Positions 31,134-40,421 of a DNA stretch of 64,000 nucleotides are shown here, one piece after another. The notes beneath the pieces are model-generated. The model saw only the letters and a list, made by a program, of their open reading frames with translations, was not told where the DNA came from and made no database searches. This DNA is from Promethearchaeota archaeon (lineage in GTDB: Archaea > Asgardarchaeota > Lokiarchaeia > Sigyniarchaeales > SOKP01), in the NCBI GenBank assembly GCA_019058295.1, contig JAHPZI010000015.1, forward strand, positions 44,679 to 108,678. Direction: 5' to 3'. Both the position numbers and the translations under genes were made by a program. Each line of letters opens with the position of its first letter. Within the stretch, counting starts at the first letter, position 1.

Positions 31134-31586
31134 TTATTTTCGATATTTTTTAGCTATCTGTCTCGCGAGATTCATTTGTTCCTTCGTTTCTAAACTACAG
31201 GGTCTAAATTTCCGGATCCACTTTACAGGGTCCATCCCATTAGGAATATGTCCATTAAAAGCCGCCCATGCTACTACCATTATACCAGTCCTTCCACAAC
31301 CTGCTACACAATGGACTGCTATAGGATCTCCGATCTTATTATGTTTGTCTGTAATATTGAGAAATTTTTCTAATTGAGAATTTGTAGGTGTGCCATAATC
31401 TGGAATATTTATATGATAATATTTAAAGGACTTAGAGATTTCTCGTTTATTATCGAACTCTGAACAATTCACCACAACTTTTATTCCTTCCTTTTTGTAT
31501 ATCTCTATTTCACGAGAATCAGGCCACCAACCTGCAGCTAATTTATTCTTGACGATCCACGTAAAGGGGGTTGTTCTTTCAGGCAT
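31134..31586 (-). CDS. Dual-specificity / protein-tyrosine phosphatase (Cdc14/DUSP23-like)
   Basis: P-loop HCVAGCGRT (HCx5R), general-acid loop IPDYGTP, RPCSLET..Q. May start earlier at ATA 31616. Confidence 0.9.
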   Translation of the reverse strand: MPERTTPFTWIVKNKLAAGWWPDSREIEIYKKEGIKVVVNCSEFDNKREISKSFKYYHINIPDYGTPTNSQLEKFLNITDKHNKIGDPIAVHCVAGCGRTGIMVVAWAAFNGHIPNGMDPVKWIRKFRPCSLETKEQMNLARQIAKKYRK

Positions 31587-31752
31587 CCCCCCCTTAGGCC
31601 AATACCAAGGACGTATTTTAATTTCCTCCTTTTCATTTGATTTTTTTAATAATGAAGGTAACTAACAAAAACTTAATTAAAATTTTTATTTTTCGATACA
31701 TTAAGACGCAATTTAATATTAATGTAGATTATAGAAATGGAAAAAAAAAAGA

Positions 31753-34263
31753 TTAATTAATATTATTATTAAATTCATAGTCAATAAATTCATAGTCATC
31801 TCTTTTCTTACGAGCTGCTTTTATTCCAAAGATCGTAATTATTATCACTGCTGCGATGCAACTACCTATAATAAGCAAACCAAGAGGGCTTAAAAGAAAT
31901 TCTAATAGAGTCATTTCATCCACACCTCCTCCGTTGTCATCATCTTCTTCATCCAGAGGCAGAACTTGTCCAATCGCTTTAATTACTATGAAAAATTTTC
32001 CATTATGGGGTGCTTTAAAACTAATTAATTCATTTTTTCCTGTTATTGATGAAGTAGCTGTAGCAATTGGCTCCGGTTCACCATAAATATTAGGTGTATT
32101 GTTATAAAGATGTAAATCATAATCTCTCCCTACTGGAACTGACAATTGAAATGAATAAAGTTTATCCTTTTCAAGATTGACATATCCGGCATAGGCATGT
32201 TTACTATACGGATCTTCATTTGAAGCCTTAAGAGTAGTAGGTACAATTATAGTAGAATTTATAAAATCGGTTAAATTATTTGTCCAAGCTTCAATGGCAG
32301 CATCAATATTTAATCTTCCATAACCTTCATGTACATCTTTTCCGCCTCGATCTAGAGTAGGGCTATAAGCTTGGTCATAATTTCTTTCCAAAGGATAAGT
32401 TTCTGTAGCTGTCATAAGTAGTATTGATTTAACCAACTTTGATTTATTTCCATCAGCCCAATTCCAACTATTGCCTCCACCCATTGCTTGAATTAATAGA
32501 TTGGCAGCGCCTGCTACAACAGGACAGGACATTGATGTCCCTTGAGTTCCCATTAAGTCATTACTAAAATCATCAGGATTAACACCTTCAGCGTCATTAT
32601 CATTTGTATCTGCAGAAAACATTTGAAGAACATAGGCACTCCCACCTGGAGCTGTTATATCAGGTTTAGTGGTTTTTTCGGTACTTGATTTACCCCCTTG
32701 GCTACTATAGACGGTAATTTGATCATCAATTGTATTGGCAGCAACTGTAATAACATAATCTGCATCTCCAGGCGAATTGATCTTATTTCCGCCTGTATCA
32801 CTATTTCCAGCGGATGCTACAGCAACAATCCCCTTTTCAACGGCATTATTCACAGCATCAATTAAACCAGTTTCATCATCATTAAATCCAAAACTCATAG
32901 ATATAACAGTAATATTATGAACTTCTCGATTAAGAATGCACCATTCAATACCCATTATCGCATCCGATAACGTTACCGCATATACACCTCCTCCGTGCTT
33001 ATTAAATATTTTTACACCTACTAAATTAGCATTTGGAGCAACACCTTTCCAAATATTACCGCTTCCATAATCTGAAGGATTATTATTCCAATGAACTTCT
33101 GCTTCAACAGTAAAATTTGCATTATTGCATTTAGTGCCAGCATCACCCCCATCATTAAATATAATCAAAGCATATACACTGTAAATCCCTAATTGGCTAC
33201 TAGAAGTGATATCATATGTTATATTATTTTTCCAATCTCCTGGTGTACCTTTCCCAATATAAGTTAAATCAACACCTTTTTGTTCAAGGTAAAAATAAGC
33301 TGATACGTAATCGGTAGATGGAGTAGAATCATTAAAGGTGCATTCAATTTCCATCCCACCTAAAGAATCTACTTTGAATGTGCTAATAATAGGTAGATAT
33401 CGATCTCCATCATCAGGATCTTCAGCTGGCAGCAAATCTGTTAAATCAAGATAAATGGAATTTGTAGAAACTGTTCTTCCCTCTCCATCTTTATTTGAAG
33501 CACCTAAACCTGCTGCTATTCCCGCAACATGAGTTCCATGACCATTATCATCATATGCGGAAGAATTATCTCCACCAGGTGTAAAATCAACCCATGCAAC
33601 GACTTTTCCTGTTGAAGAATTATCAAAAAATGTGTGTTCTTCATCAATTCCAGTATCTAAAATTGCAATTGCACTATGATTATCTCCAGTATAATTAAGT
33701 GTATTCCACACATAAGGGCGGAGTCTCAGATTTCGAGAAGTATAATATAAATGTGCACTACCCTTCTCGTCCCCTTCAATTAAAAATGGAACGTCATAAT
33801 CTCTTAGTTGATTATAAAAATTCAAAAAATTATCATAATTAAGACTTCCGGCAAAACCATTAATCGCAGCATTATATTTATATTTAACAATTCCTCCATT
33901 ATTTTCAAAGAGAGAAATGGCTGGTGAATAATTATACTTATCACGGAATTGAACTATTATTCTAATTTCTTCATTAAGTTTATTTTTAGTCGAAAGGATT
34001 TCTTCGAATCGGTCGGTTATTCCATTTTTATTTCCATCTGTATTTTCCCAATTATTTATATTAGATTGAATGGAACCAATATTAATATCTTCAATTTGTT
34101 CAGATAAGCTCGATACTAAGTTTAAATCCTCTGTAATTGAATAATCCCCGCCAAAGTCATTATATTCATGAACTATAAAGGTTGGAAAAAAACATGTAAA
34201 AATAAGTAGAAGAAGTGATAGATTTATTTTCCTGCGTTTTTCAAAATTTAAAGCTATCATCAT
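31753..34263 (-). CDS. Membrane-anchored subtilisin-like serine protease (S8) with propeptide
   Basis: Triad ILDTG, HGTHVAG, GTSMSCP; oxyanion SAGN; TKPDITAPG; GYGRLN. N-terminal signal and C-terminal TM followed by RKKR. Confidence 0.92.
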   Translation of the reverse strand: MMIALNFEKRRKINLSLLLLIFTCFFPTFIVHEYNDFGGDYSITEDLNLVSSLSEQIEDINIGSIQSNINNWENTDGNKNGITDRFEEILSTKNKLNEEIRIIVQFRDKYNYSPAISLFENNGGIVKYKYNAAINGFAGSLNYDNFLNFYNQLRDYDVPFLIEGDEKGSAHLYYTSRNLRLRPYVWNTLNYTGDNHSAIAILDTGIDEEHTFFDNSSTGKVVAWVDFTPGGDNSSAYDDNGHGTHVAGIAAGLGASNKDGEGRTVSTNSIYLDLTDLLPAEDPDDGDRYLPIISTFKVDSLGGMEIECTFNDSTPSTDYVSAYFYLEQKGVDLTYIGKGTPGDWKNNITYDITSSSQLGIYSVYALIIFNDGGDAGTKCNNANFTVEAEVHWNNNPSDYGSGNIWKGVAPNANLVGVKIFNKHGGGVYAVTLSDAIMGIEWCILNREVHNITVISMSFGFNDDETGLIDAVNNAVEKGIVAVASAGNSDTGGNKINSPGDADYVITVAANTIDDQITVYSSQGGKSSTEKTTKPDITAPGGSAYVLQMFSADTNDNDAEGVNPDDFSNDLMGTQGTSMSCPVVAGAANLLIQAMGGGNSWNWADGNKSKLVKSILLMTATETYPLERNYDQAYSPTLDRGGKDVHEGYGRLNIDAAIEAWTNNLTDFINSTIIVPTTLKASNEDPYSKHAYAGYVNLEKDKLYSFQLSVPVGRDYDLHLYNNTPNIYGEPEPIATATSSITGKNELISFKAPHNGKFFIVIKAIGQVLPLDEEDDDNGGGVDEMTLLEFLLSPLGLLIIGSCIAAVIIITIFGIKAARKKRDDYEFIDYEFNNNIN

Positions 34264-34484
34264 ATTTTTTCTACCTTAATTTATATCTTTGATTTCATTG
34301 AATAAAGTTTTTGATTTTATATTTTTTATAATAATAAGATAATTTCCTTATAATTATTTCTCAATTATAAATTAATTATAGTAGAATGTAGAATTTTAAA
34401 ATATAAAAATAAGAAGTAAACTAATTACAATTAAACAAATTTTATTATTAAACACTAATTTAAAAAAAATAAAATAGAAAAATC

Positions 34485-34955
34485 ATGGATAAAAGAGACA
34501 AGCTTACTGTATTTGATACGAGAAAATATCCAGTTCGTCCACATGTGGGAGTTGGGATTTTATTAATTAGGAATAATCATCTACTTTTAGTTAAAAGAAA
34601 ATACGATCCAGATGCGGGTTATTGGTCAATTCCTGGGGGTCATTTAGAACTTGGTGAGAGAGTTCAAACTGCCGCTGAGCGAGAAGGTTTTGAAGAAACA
34701 GGACTTAAAGTAAAAGTTTCTAAGTTAGCCGGAATTATTGATAAAATTATGTATGATGACTTAGGAGAAATTGAATATCATTATGTATTAATTAATTATT
34801 TTGTAGAACAAATCGAAGGCAAATCAGATCAACCACCTAAAGCTGCGTCCGATGCTCTTGAGGCTAAGTTTGTACCTTTTGAGGAGCTAAAAAAATACAA
34901 ATTAACAGTTTCCTTAATCGAACTTTTAAAACAATTAAAGATTGGATTCGATTAA
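34485..34955 (+). CDS. NUDIX hydrolase (ADP-ribose pyrophosphatase-like)
   Basis: Nudix box GGHLELGERVQTAAEREGFEETGL; P.VGVG, WSIPGG, YHYVLI, SDA. Confidence 0.92.
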   Translation: MDKRDKLTVFDTRKYPVRPHVGVGILLIRNNHLLLVKRKYDPDAGYWSIPGGHLELGERVQTAAEREGFEETGLKVKVSKLAGIIDKIMYDDLGEIEYHYVLINYFVEQIEGKSDQPPKAASDALEAKFVPFEELKKYKLTVSLIELLKQLKIGFD

Positions 34956-35091
34956 GTATTGAAATTGAAAAAAAAATTTGATTTTAATTTTAATAAATAA
35001 GCCAAAAAAATATAACTCTTCTATTACTATTTTGAAATAAGTAATAAGTTCATAAGATAAGATTATTAAAATTTGCTTAAGGTCTTAAGAT

Positions 35092-36420
35092 TTGTCCTCG
35101 TTGATGAAATTAGCCAAAGACGGAAAAATTACTAAAGAAATGGAGATTGTTGCCAAGAATGAACAGGTAGATGTGGATTTCATCCTTCGAGGAATAGCTA
35201 AAGGGAGAATAATAATTCCTAGATCAAATAGGCGCGGCGAGTTGAAACCACCAATAGGCATTGGTAAAGGATTACTTGTAAAAATTAACGCTAACATTGG
35301 CTCATCGAAAACGATTTGCGATATAGAAGCAGAAGTCGAGAAAGCAAAAACTGCCGTAAAATTTGGAGCTGACACGGTAATGGATTTGAGTACCGGTGTT
35401 ACAGAGGCAGATGTAAAAAACATTAGAAAACGAATTCTCAGTGAAATCAAGGTTCCTTTAGGGACAGTTCCAATTTATCAGTCTGCTTTAAGGGCACTTG
35501 AAAATAAAGGTGCCATCATTCATATGGATGAAGATGATCTTTTTAATGTTGTAGAGGAGCAAGCTAAAGAAGGAGTAGATTTCTTTACCATTCATGTTGG
35601 AGTAACAAAAGAGATAATAAATTATTTAGAAAACCATCCGCGAACAATGGGCATAGTTTCAAGAGGTGGAACTTTCATAGCGTCTTGGATTCTAAGAAAC
35701 GACATGGAAAATCCTTTTAATAGACGATACGACTATTTACTGGAAATGGCGAAAGAATACGATTTCACCTTATCCTTAGGTGATGGATTGCGACCTGGGT
35801 GTATATTTGACTCCACTGATTATGTCCAAATACAAGAGCTACTTGAAATCTCAAAATTAGTAAAGCGTGCTTGGAAAAAGAACATCCAGGTTATGGTAGA
35901 AGGACCAGGACATATTCCGGCTAATGAAATTGAGAGAAATATTACCATGCAAAAATCACTATGCGATGAAGCACCTTTTTATGTTTTAGGACCACTCGTA
36001 ACTGATATTGCACCAGGATACGATGATCTTGTAAGCGCAATTGGAGGCACAATTGCCGGTTTAGCTGGAGCCGATTATCTATGCTATGTTACTCCTTCAG
36101 AGCATTTAGGTTTACCAAACAAAGAAGAAGTTAAGAGAGGAGTAATCGCTTCTAAAATCGCTGCTCACGCAGTTAATATTGCTAGATATGGTAAAAGAGC
36201 ATCAAGTTGGGATTATAAAATGGATATTGCTCGAAAAAATCTTGACTGGGAAGAAATGATAAACCAGTCGATTGATCCAGAATTATCACACGAAATTCAT
36301 TATCGGGATGGGAGCGCTCCAGAAGATAAAGAATGTTCAATGTGCGGAAGGTTTTGTGCAATTAAGATTTTAAAAGAAGCTTTAGAGAAAAAAAGATCGA
36401 CATCAAAGAAGATTTTATAA
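35092..36420 (+). CDS. thiC: Phosphomethylpyrimidine synthase
   Basis: KINANIGSS, GADTVMDLSTG, GTVPIYQ, IVSRGG, SLGDGLRPG, MVEGPGH, APFYVLGP, CYVTPSEHLGLP, CSMCGRFC. Confidence 0.95.
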   Translation: MSSLMKLAKDGKITKEMEIVAKNEQVDVDFILRGIAKGRIIIPRSNRRGELKPPIGIGKGLLVKINANIGSSKTICDIEAEVEKAKTAVKFGADTVMDLSTGVTEADVKNIRKRILSEIKVPLGTVPIYQSALRALENKGAIIHMDEDDLFNVVEEQAKEGVDFFTIHVGVTKEIINYLENHPRTMGIVSRGGTFIASWILRNDMENPFNRRYDYLLEMAKEYDFTLSLGDGLRPGCIFDSTDYVQIQELLEISKLVKRAWKKNIQVMVEGPGHIPANEIERNITMQKSLCDEAPFYVLGPLVTDIAPGYDDLVSAIGGTIAGLAGADYLCYVTPSEHLGLPNKEEVKRGVIASKIAAHAVNIARYGKRASSWDYKMDIARKNLDWEEMINQSIDPELSHEIHYRDGSAPEDKECSMCGRFCAIKILKEALEKKRSTSKKIL

Positions 36421-36482
36421 ATTAAGTTAATATACTTTCTTTTTACTATTATGCTTTGAAATATTAAATTGAGTGAATTTAA

Positions 36483-37316
36483 ATGAAAAAAGTTTTAACG
36501 ATTGCAGGTTCAGATTCAGGTGGAGGTGCTGGGATTCAAGCTGATTTAAAAACTTTTTCTGCTCGAGGGGTTTTCGGTATGAGTGCGATTACGGCACTTA
36601 CAGCTCAAAATACCATAGGAGTTAATGGGGTTTTTGAAATAGATCCTAAATTTGTGGCAAAACAAATTGATTCGATAATGTCTGATATGGGGGCTGACGC
36701 TTGGAAAACTGGTATGCTTTCAAATGCTGAGATTATACAGATCGTGGCAGATCGCGCAACTAAGTATAATATTAAGCTTTTAATAATTGATCCTGTTATG
36801 GTCGCAAAAGGCGGTGATCCGCTATTGAAATCAGAGGCAACTTCTACTCTCATCTCTAAGCTTCTTCCCTTAGGATATGTTTTAACCCCCAATCTTCATG
36901 AAGCTAAAGTTTTAACAGGAATTGATATAACAACAATAGAGGAAGCACAAGAATCCGCATTAAAGATTTTTGAGATGGGAGTTAAGAATGTGGTAATAAA
37001 AGGAGGACATTTACCAAATATCAATGAAGCTATTGATATTCTTTATGATGGAAACACTTTTACCGAATTTAGAGTGCCTCGTGTTAATACAAATAACACC
37101 CATGGCACAGGATGTACATTTGCTTCTGCATTAGCTGCAGAATTAGCAAAGGGAAATAATATAATAAAAGCAGTGCATATTGCTAAAGCATATTTAACCC
37201 AGGCAATTAAAAGTGCAGATGATCTCCATATTGGAAAAGGTCATGGACCAACAGATCATTCTCAAGGAACTATCGTGGATGTTGATCTTTCTATTGTTAA
37301 TGTGAGAGAATTATAA
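36483..37316 (+). CDS. thiD: Hydroxymethylpyrimidine/phosphomethylpyrimidine kinase
   Basis: LTIAGSDSGGGAGIQADLKTF, TAQNT, KTGML, DPVMVAKGG, TPN, KGGH, HGTGCT, GKGHGP. Confidence 0.96.
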   Translation: MKKVLTIAGSDSGGGAGIQADLKTFSARGVFGMSAITALTAQNTIGVNGVFEIDPKFVAKQIDSIMSDMGADAWKTGMLSNAEIIQIVADRATKYNIKLLIIDPVMVAKGGDPLLKSEATSTLISKLLPLGYVLTPNLHEAKVLTGIDITTIEEAQESALKIFEMGVKNVVIKGGHLPNINEAIDILYDGNTFTEFRVPRVNTNNTHGTGCTFASALAAELAKGNNIIKAVHIAKAYLTQAIKSADDLHIGKGHGPTDHSQGTIVDVDLSIVNVREL

Positions 37317-37898
37317 TTGAATGAGCTTGATTAAGTGGAGTATAATTTCGAGTTTTCTAATAATATCTTTAGAATTTTTACCAAATAATCTCATCATGGG
37401 TTCTTTTCCCATTGCTCCTTTATCCCAGATAATATCCGGAATTCTTCCCTTTTTATGTATATTTTCTTTGATCAACCATTGCATAGTTGAATATTCTTTT
37501 TTCTTAACTTCTTCTGGTTGCTCTTCTCTAAGTATTTCTTGTAGTTCTAAGTCTGAATCATCTTGAATTGATTTAATTAATTTGGGTATATATTTTAAAT
37601 TCATAACAAAATTAATTGAATTTTCAAATTCTTTCGCTGTAAGAATTAATCTAGCAGTATGATCAGAAACTCCAAATTTAATTTCACCTGAAGCCTTGGG
37701 GAACCCATCTATTATCGTAATCCTTCCCTCAATTCCAGCAATTTCGCTTTTATTTTTTGCGTTAGGTAATGAACCTGAAATATTAGTGCGAACTTCTGGT
37801 ATTAATTTACTAAAACTCTTGTTAGAAGAAAAAAAATTGTAAATTTCCTTGATTTGATTAATTATTTCTAATTTTTCTTTAGGAAGGGAAAAATTCAT
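37311..37898 (-). CDS. thiN: Stand-alone archaeal thiamine-phosphate synthase (ThiN family)
   Basis: LIPEVRTNI, AGIEGRI, FGVSDHTAR, EYSTMQW, PDIIWDKG.MGKEPM. Convergent with thiD (6-bp overlap). Confidence 0.88.
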   Translation of the reverse strand: MNFSLPKEKLEIINQIKEIYNFFSSNKSFSKLIPEVRTNISGSLPNAKNKSEIAGIEGRITIIDGFPKASGEIKFGVSDHTARLILTAKEFENSINFVMNLKYIPKLIKSIQDDSDLELQEILREEQPEEVKKKEYSTMQWLIKENIHKKGRIPDIIWDKGAMGKEPMMRLFGKNSKDIIRKLEIILHLIKLIQL

Positions 37899-37915
37899 AA
37901 AATTAAACCATTATG

Positions 37916-38500
37916 TTATTTTACTCTATCAAAAGCCCATTTGGCTTTTTCGCTTAATCCAAGGGCTTCATAAGATTTACCAATATATAAAAATGCGTCT
38001 GGAAAATCAAAATCTTCTTTTGTAAGTTTAAATAAATGACCAATAGCCATATCATATCGTCCTTTTAAATAATAAGTTTTTCCTCTTAAGAAAAGAATTT
38101 TATGTCTATTATCCTTAGTTAAATCTTGACTATCAAATATATTTAACTTTTCGAGAGCTTTATCATAGTCTTGTTTCTCTAGAAGATTGGTAATCGCATC
38201 AACTTGTTTTAAAAACACGATTTTTTCAGCAACTTGCTTAATCCTTGCTCTTCTCTGCTCTAACAACTTTTCTTCAAGAGATATATTTTTCTCTTTATCT
38301 TTTTGTTCTAAATAAGTTTTAATTTTTGCCATTATATATGAATCATAATCTCTATCACATAATGGACATTTTGGAGAGTGAAGTGACCACTCTGCTAGAC
38401 AAGATTCGTGAACAGGATGCCCATTTGGACAACTGTATGACTTTTCAACATCTTTACCATCATCTCCTATATCCATATGGCAAATCAAACAAGAAGGCAT
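37916..38500 (-). CDS. RING-H2 finger + coiled-coil + TPR protein (putative E3 ligase)
   Basis: C4-x2-C7-x16-C24-x3-H28-x2-H31-x2-C34-x3-W-x6-C45-P-x-C48. C-terminal TPRs (FLRGKTYY..., AFLYIGKSYEALG). Confidence 0.85.
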   Translation of the reverse strand: MPSCLICHMDIGDDGKDVEKSYSCPNGHPVHESCLAEWSLHSPKCPLCDRDYDSYIMAKIKTYLEQKDKEKNISLEEKLLEQRRARIKQVAEKIVFLKQVDAITNLLEKQDYDKALEKLNIFDSQDLTKDNRHKILFLRGKTYYLKGRYDMAIGHLFKLTKEDFDFPDAFLYIGKSYEALGLSEKAKWAFDRVK

Positions 38501-38683
38501 ATGCGGCTTATTTATATATAATTTTATTTATTATAAACGTTTAATAAAAAACATATTATAATCATAATCTTAATAATTTATAATAATATTTTTTTTCCTA
38601 AGATTTTTAATACTAATAGAGTGTTATTTATATTTAATAAACAATTTGAATTCAAATAATTACAATGTTATGAGATTATTCTT

Positions 38684-40243
38684 ATGTCGTTCAATATAAC
38701 AAAATCATTTAATATTCTTTTTAAAAATTTCTTGGAAATAAACAGTGATGTAGTTGCATTAATAGTCTCTGATAAAGGAGGTCTCATTGTTGCGGGGGAA
38801 ACATCATCAGATGTTAATATGGAAATTATTTCAGTTTTAACTGCGATTGTGAATCCAATTTTAGACAGAATTCGCAATGAATTCGCTTTTAAAAAATTTG
38901 GAACTGCTTCTTTCGACACAGATGAATATCGGCTTTTATTTATTTCTGTTGATGAAAACATAACTTTAAGCGTAGTATTAACCACGTTAGCCTCTGTCGA
39001 TAAAGTTTCACCTTATGCTTACTTCCTTGCAGAGAAAACTGCGCAGATTGTCAATGCCGAAGAGGGTGATGTTATTCAGCTTGAGATTCCTAATTTTGAA
39101 TATGAAGGAGAAACAGTTGAAAGAATGAAAGACCAGATTTATCAATTGAGATTAGAAACTGGTGGAACGTATCGTTTCAAATTTATTATTATTGGGGATC
39201 ATTATGTTGGAAAGACTTCCATCGTGCGACGCTACGTTGATAGAAGGTTCTCTAAAGATTACCGGGCGACAATAGGTATAAATATAATCACACATTCGTT
39301 TGATTTTTTTGAGAATGAAATAAATTTATCTTTATGGGATATAGGAGCACAACAGTATTTTAAACGATTTAGGCGTACATATTATATGGGTTCACAAGCT
39401 GCTTTTATCGTTTTTGACTTAACTAACCGCGAAACTTTTGAGAATGTAAAAATTTGGTTCGATGAATTAATTAATTTTTTAGGGAAAATAGATCTTCCAA
39501 TTGTTATTGTAGGAAATAAAACTGATTTGAAAGAAAAGAGAGAAATTAGTTATGAAGAAGGCGTTTCCTTAGTACCAGAATTAGCTGAAAAAGGAGTATC
39601 TAAAATTTCTTATATCGAAACGAGCGCATTGACGGGAGAAAATATTAATGATGCATTTAGTTTAATATCATATCATTACATAGTGAAAAGTAAAGAAAAA
39701 GAAGAAGAATTATTAAGAAAGAGTTTAGAGGACGGGATTAACTGCATTTTAACAGATAGAGAGAAATTAACACTTACATTTATCACGGAAAAAGCTTTTT
39801 GGAATCCCGGCTTACAAATCATGTCTGAATTGATTGAGTTAGGAAAATATGTAAAAAAAAAGGATACAAAAGAAGAAAAGATCTTTGAATATCCAAACGG
39901 TTTAATTCTAAAAAGTCATCTCACTAATAATTTTGATTTATCTGATTCCGATGGCGCCTTTTGCATATTTGATGCGCGCGGCAAAGAGCATATTGATCCA
40001 AAGTGGAAGGAAACATTGATTGAAATCATTGAAAGTATACAAGAAAATAAAGTTGTATTAATAGGTGTAAGAGTGGAACCTGAAAAATTAGACTGGTCAG
40101 TTTTAATGGAAGAATTTGACGTTAACGAGCAGTTGGAGAGAAAGATGGTATCGCTCTTATTCTTTAAAATTGGGGTTGAATATCGCTTAGAAATTTACGA
40201 TCAACTAGAAGTCATGCTAAATACTATTAAAACTATATCTTAA
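38684..40243 (+). CDS. Roadblock/LC7 domain + Rab-like small GTPase fusion with C-terminal degenerate G-domain-like region
   Basis: N-terminal ALIVSDKGGLIVA roadblock pattern. G1 GDHYVGKTS, G2 YRATIG, G3 WDIGAQ, YY.GS..AFIVFD, G4 GNKTD, G5 ETSA. Confidence 0.88.
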   Translation: MSFNITKSFNILFKNFLEINSDVVALIVSDKGGLIVAGETSSDVNMEIISVLTAIVNPILDRIRNEFAFKKFGTASFDTDEYRLLFISVDENITLSVVLTTLASVDKVSPYAYFLAEKTAQIVNAEEGDVIQLEIPNFEYEGETVERMKDQIYQLRLETGGTYRFKFIIIGDHYVGKTSIVRRYVDRRFSKDYRATIGINIITHSFDFFENEINLSLWDIGAQQYFKRFRRTYYMGSQAAFIVFDLTNRETFENVKIWFDELINFLGKIDLPIVIVGNKTDLKEKREISYEEGVSLVPELAEKGVSKISYIETSALTGENINDAFSLISYHYIVKSKEKEEELLRKSLEDGINCILTDREKLTLTFITEKAFWNPGLQIMSELIELGKYVKKKDTKEEKIFEYPNGLILKSHLTNNFDLSDSDGAFCIFDARGKEHIDPKWKETLIEIIESIQENKVVLIGVRVEPEKLDWSVLMEEFDVNEQLERKMVSLLFFKIGVEYRLEIYDQLEVMLNTIKTIS

Positions 40244-40421
40244 AAAATTATTATTGCCTTAGAAAACAATTTATTTGATTTGATTGAAAATTTCTAAATT
40301 TATTCAATATTAGGATTATCCCAAATAAAATTGCTGTTTTACTGACAAATATATATTACTACTAACATAAAAATTAAAATAAAAAAAAAGAAATTAATTT
40401 TTTAAGCTCTAATTTTTTATC

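Noticed and set aside
35092-36420. BzaA/B/F (benzimidazole synthase) instead of ThiC
   Set aside because: Direct linkage to thiD and thiN, and no cobamide genes nearby, favour ThiC.
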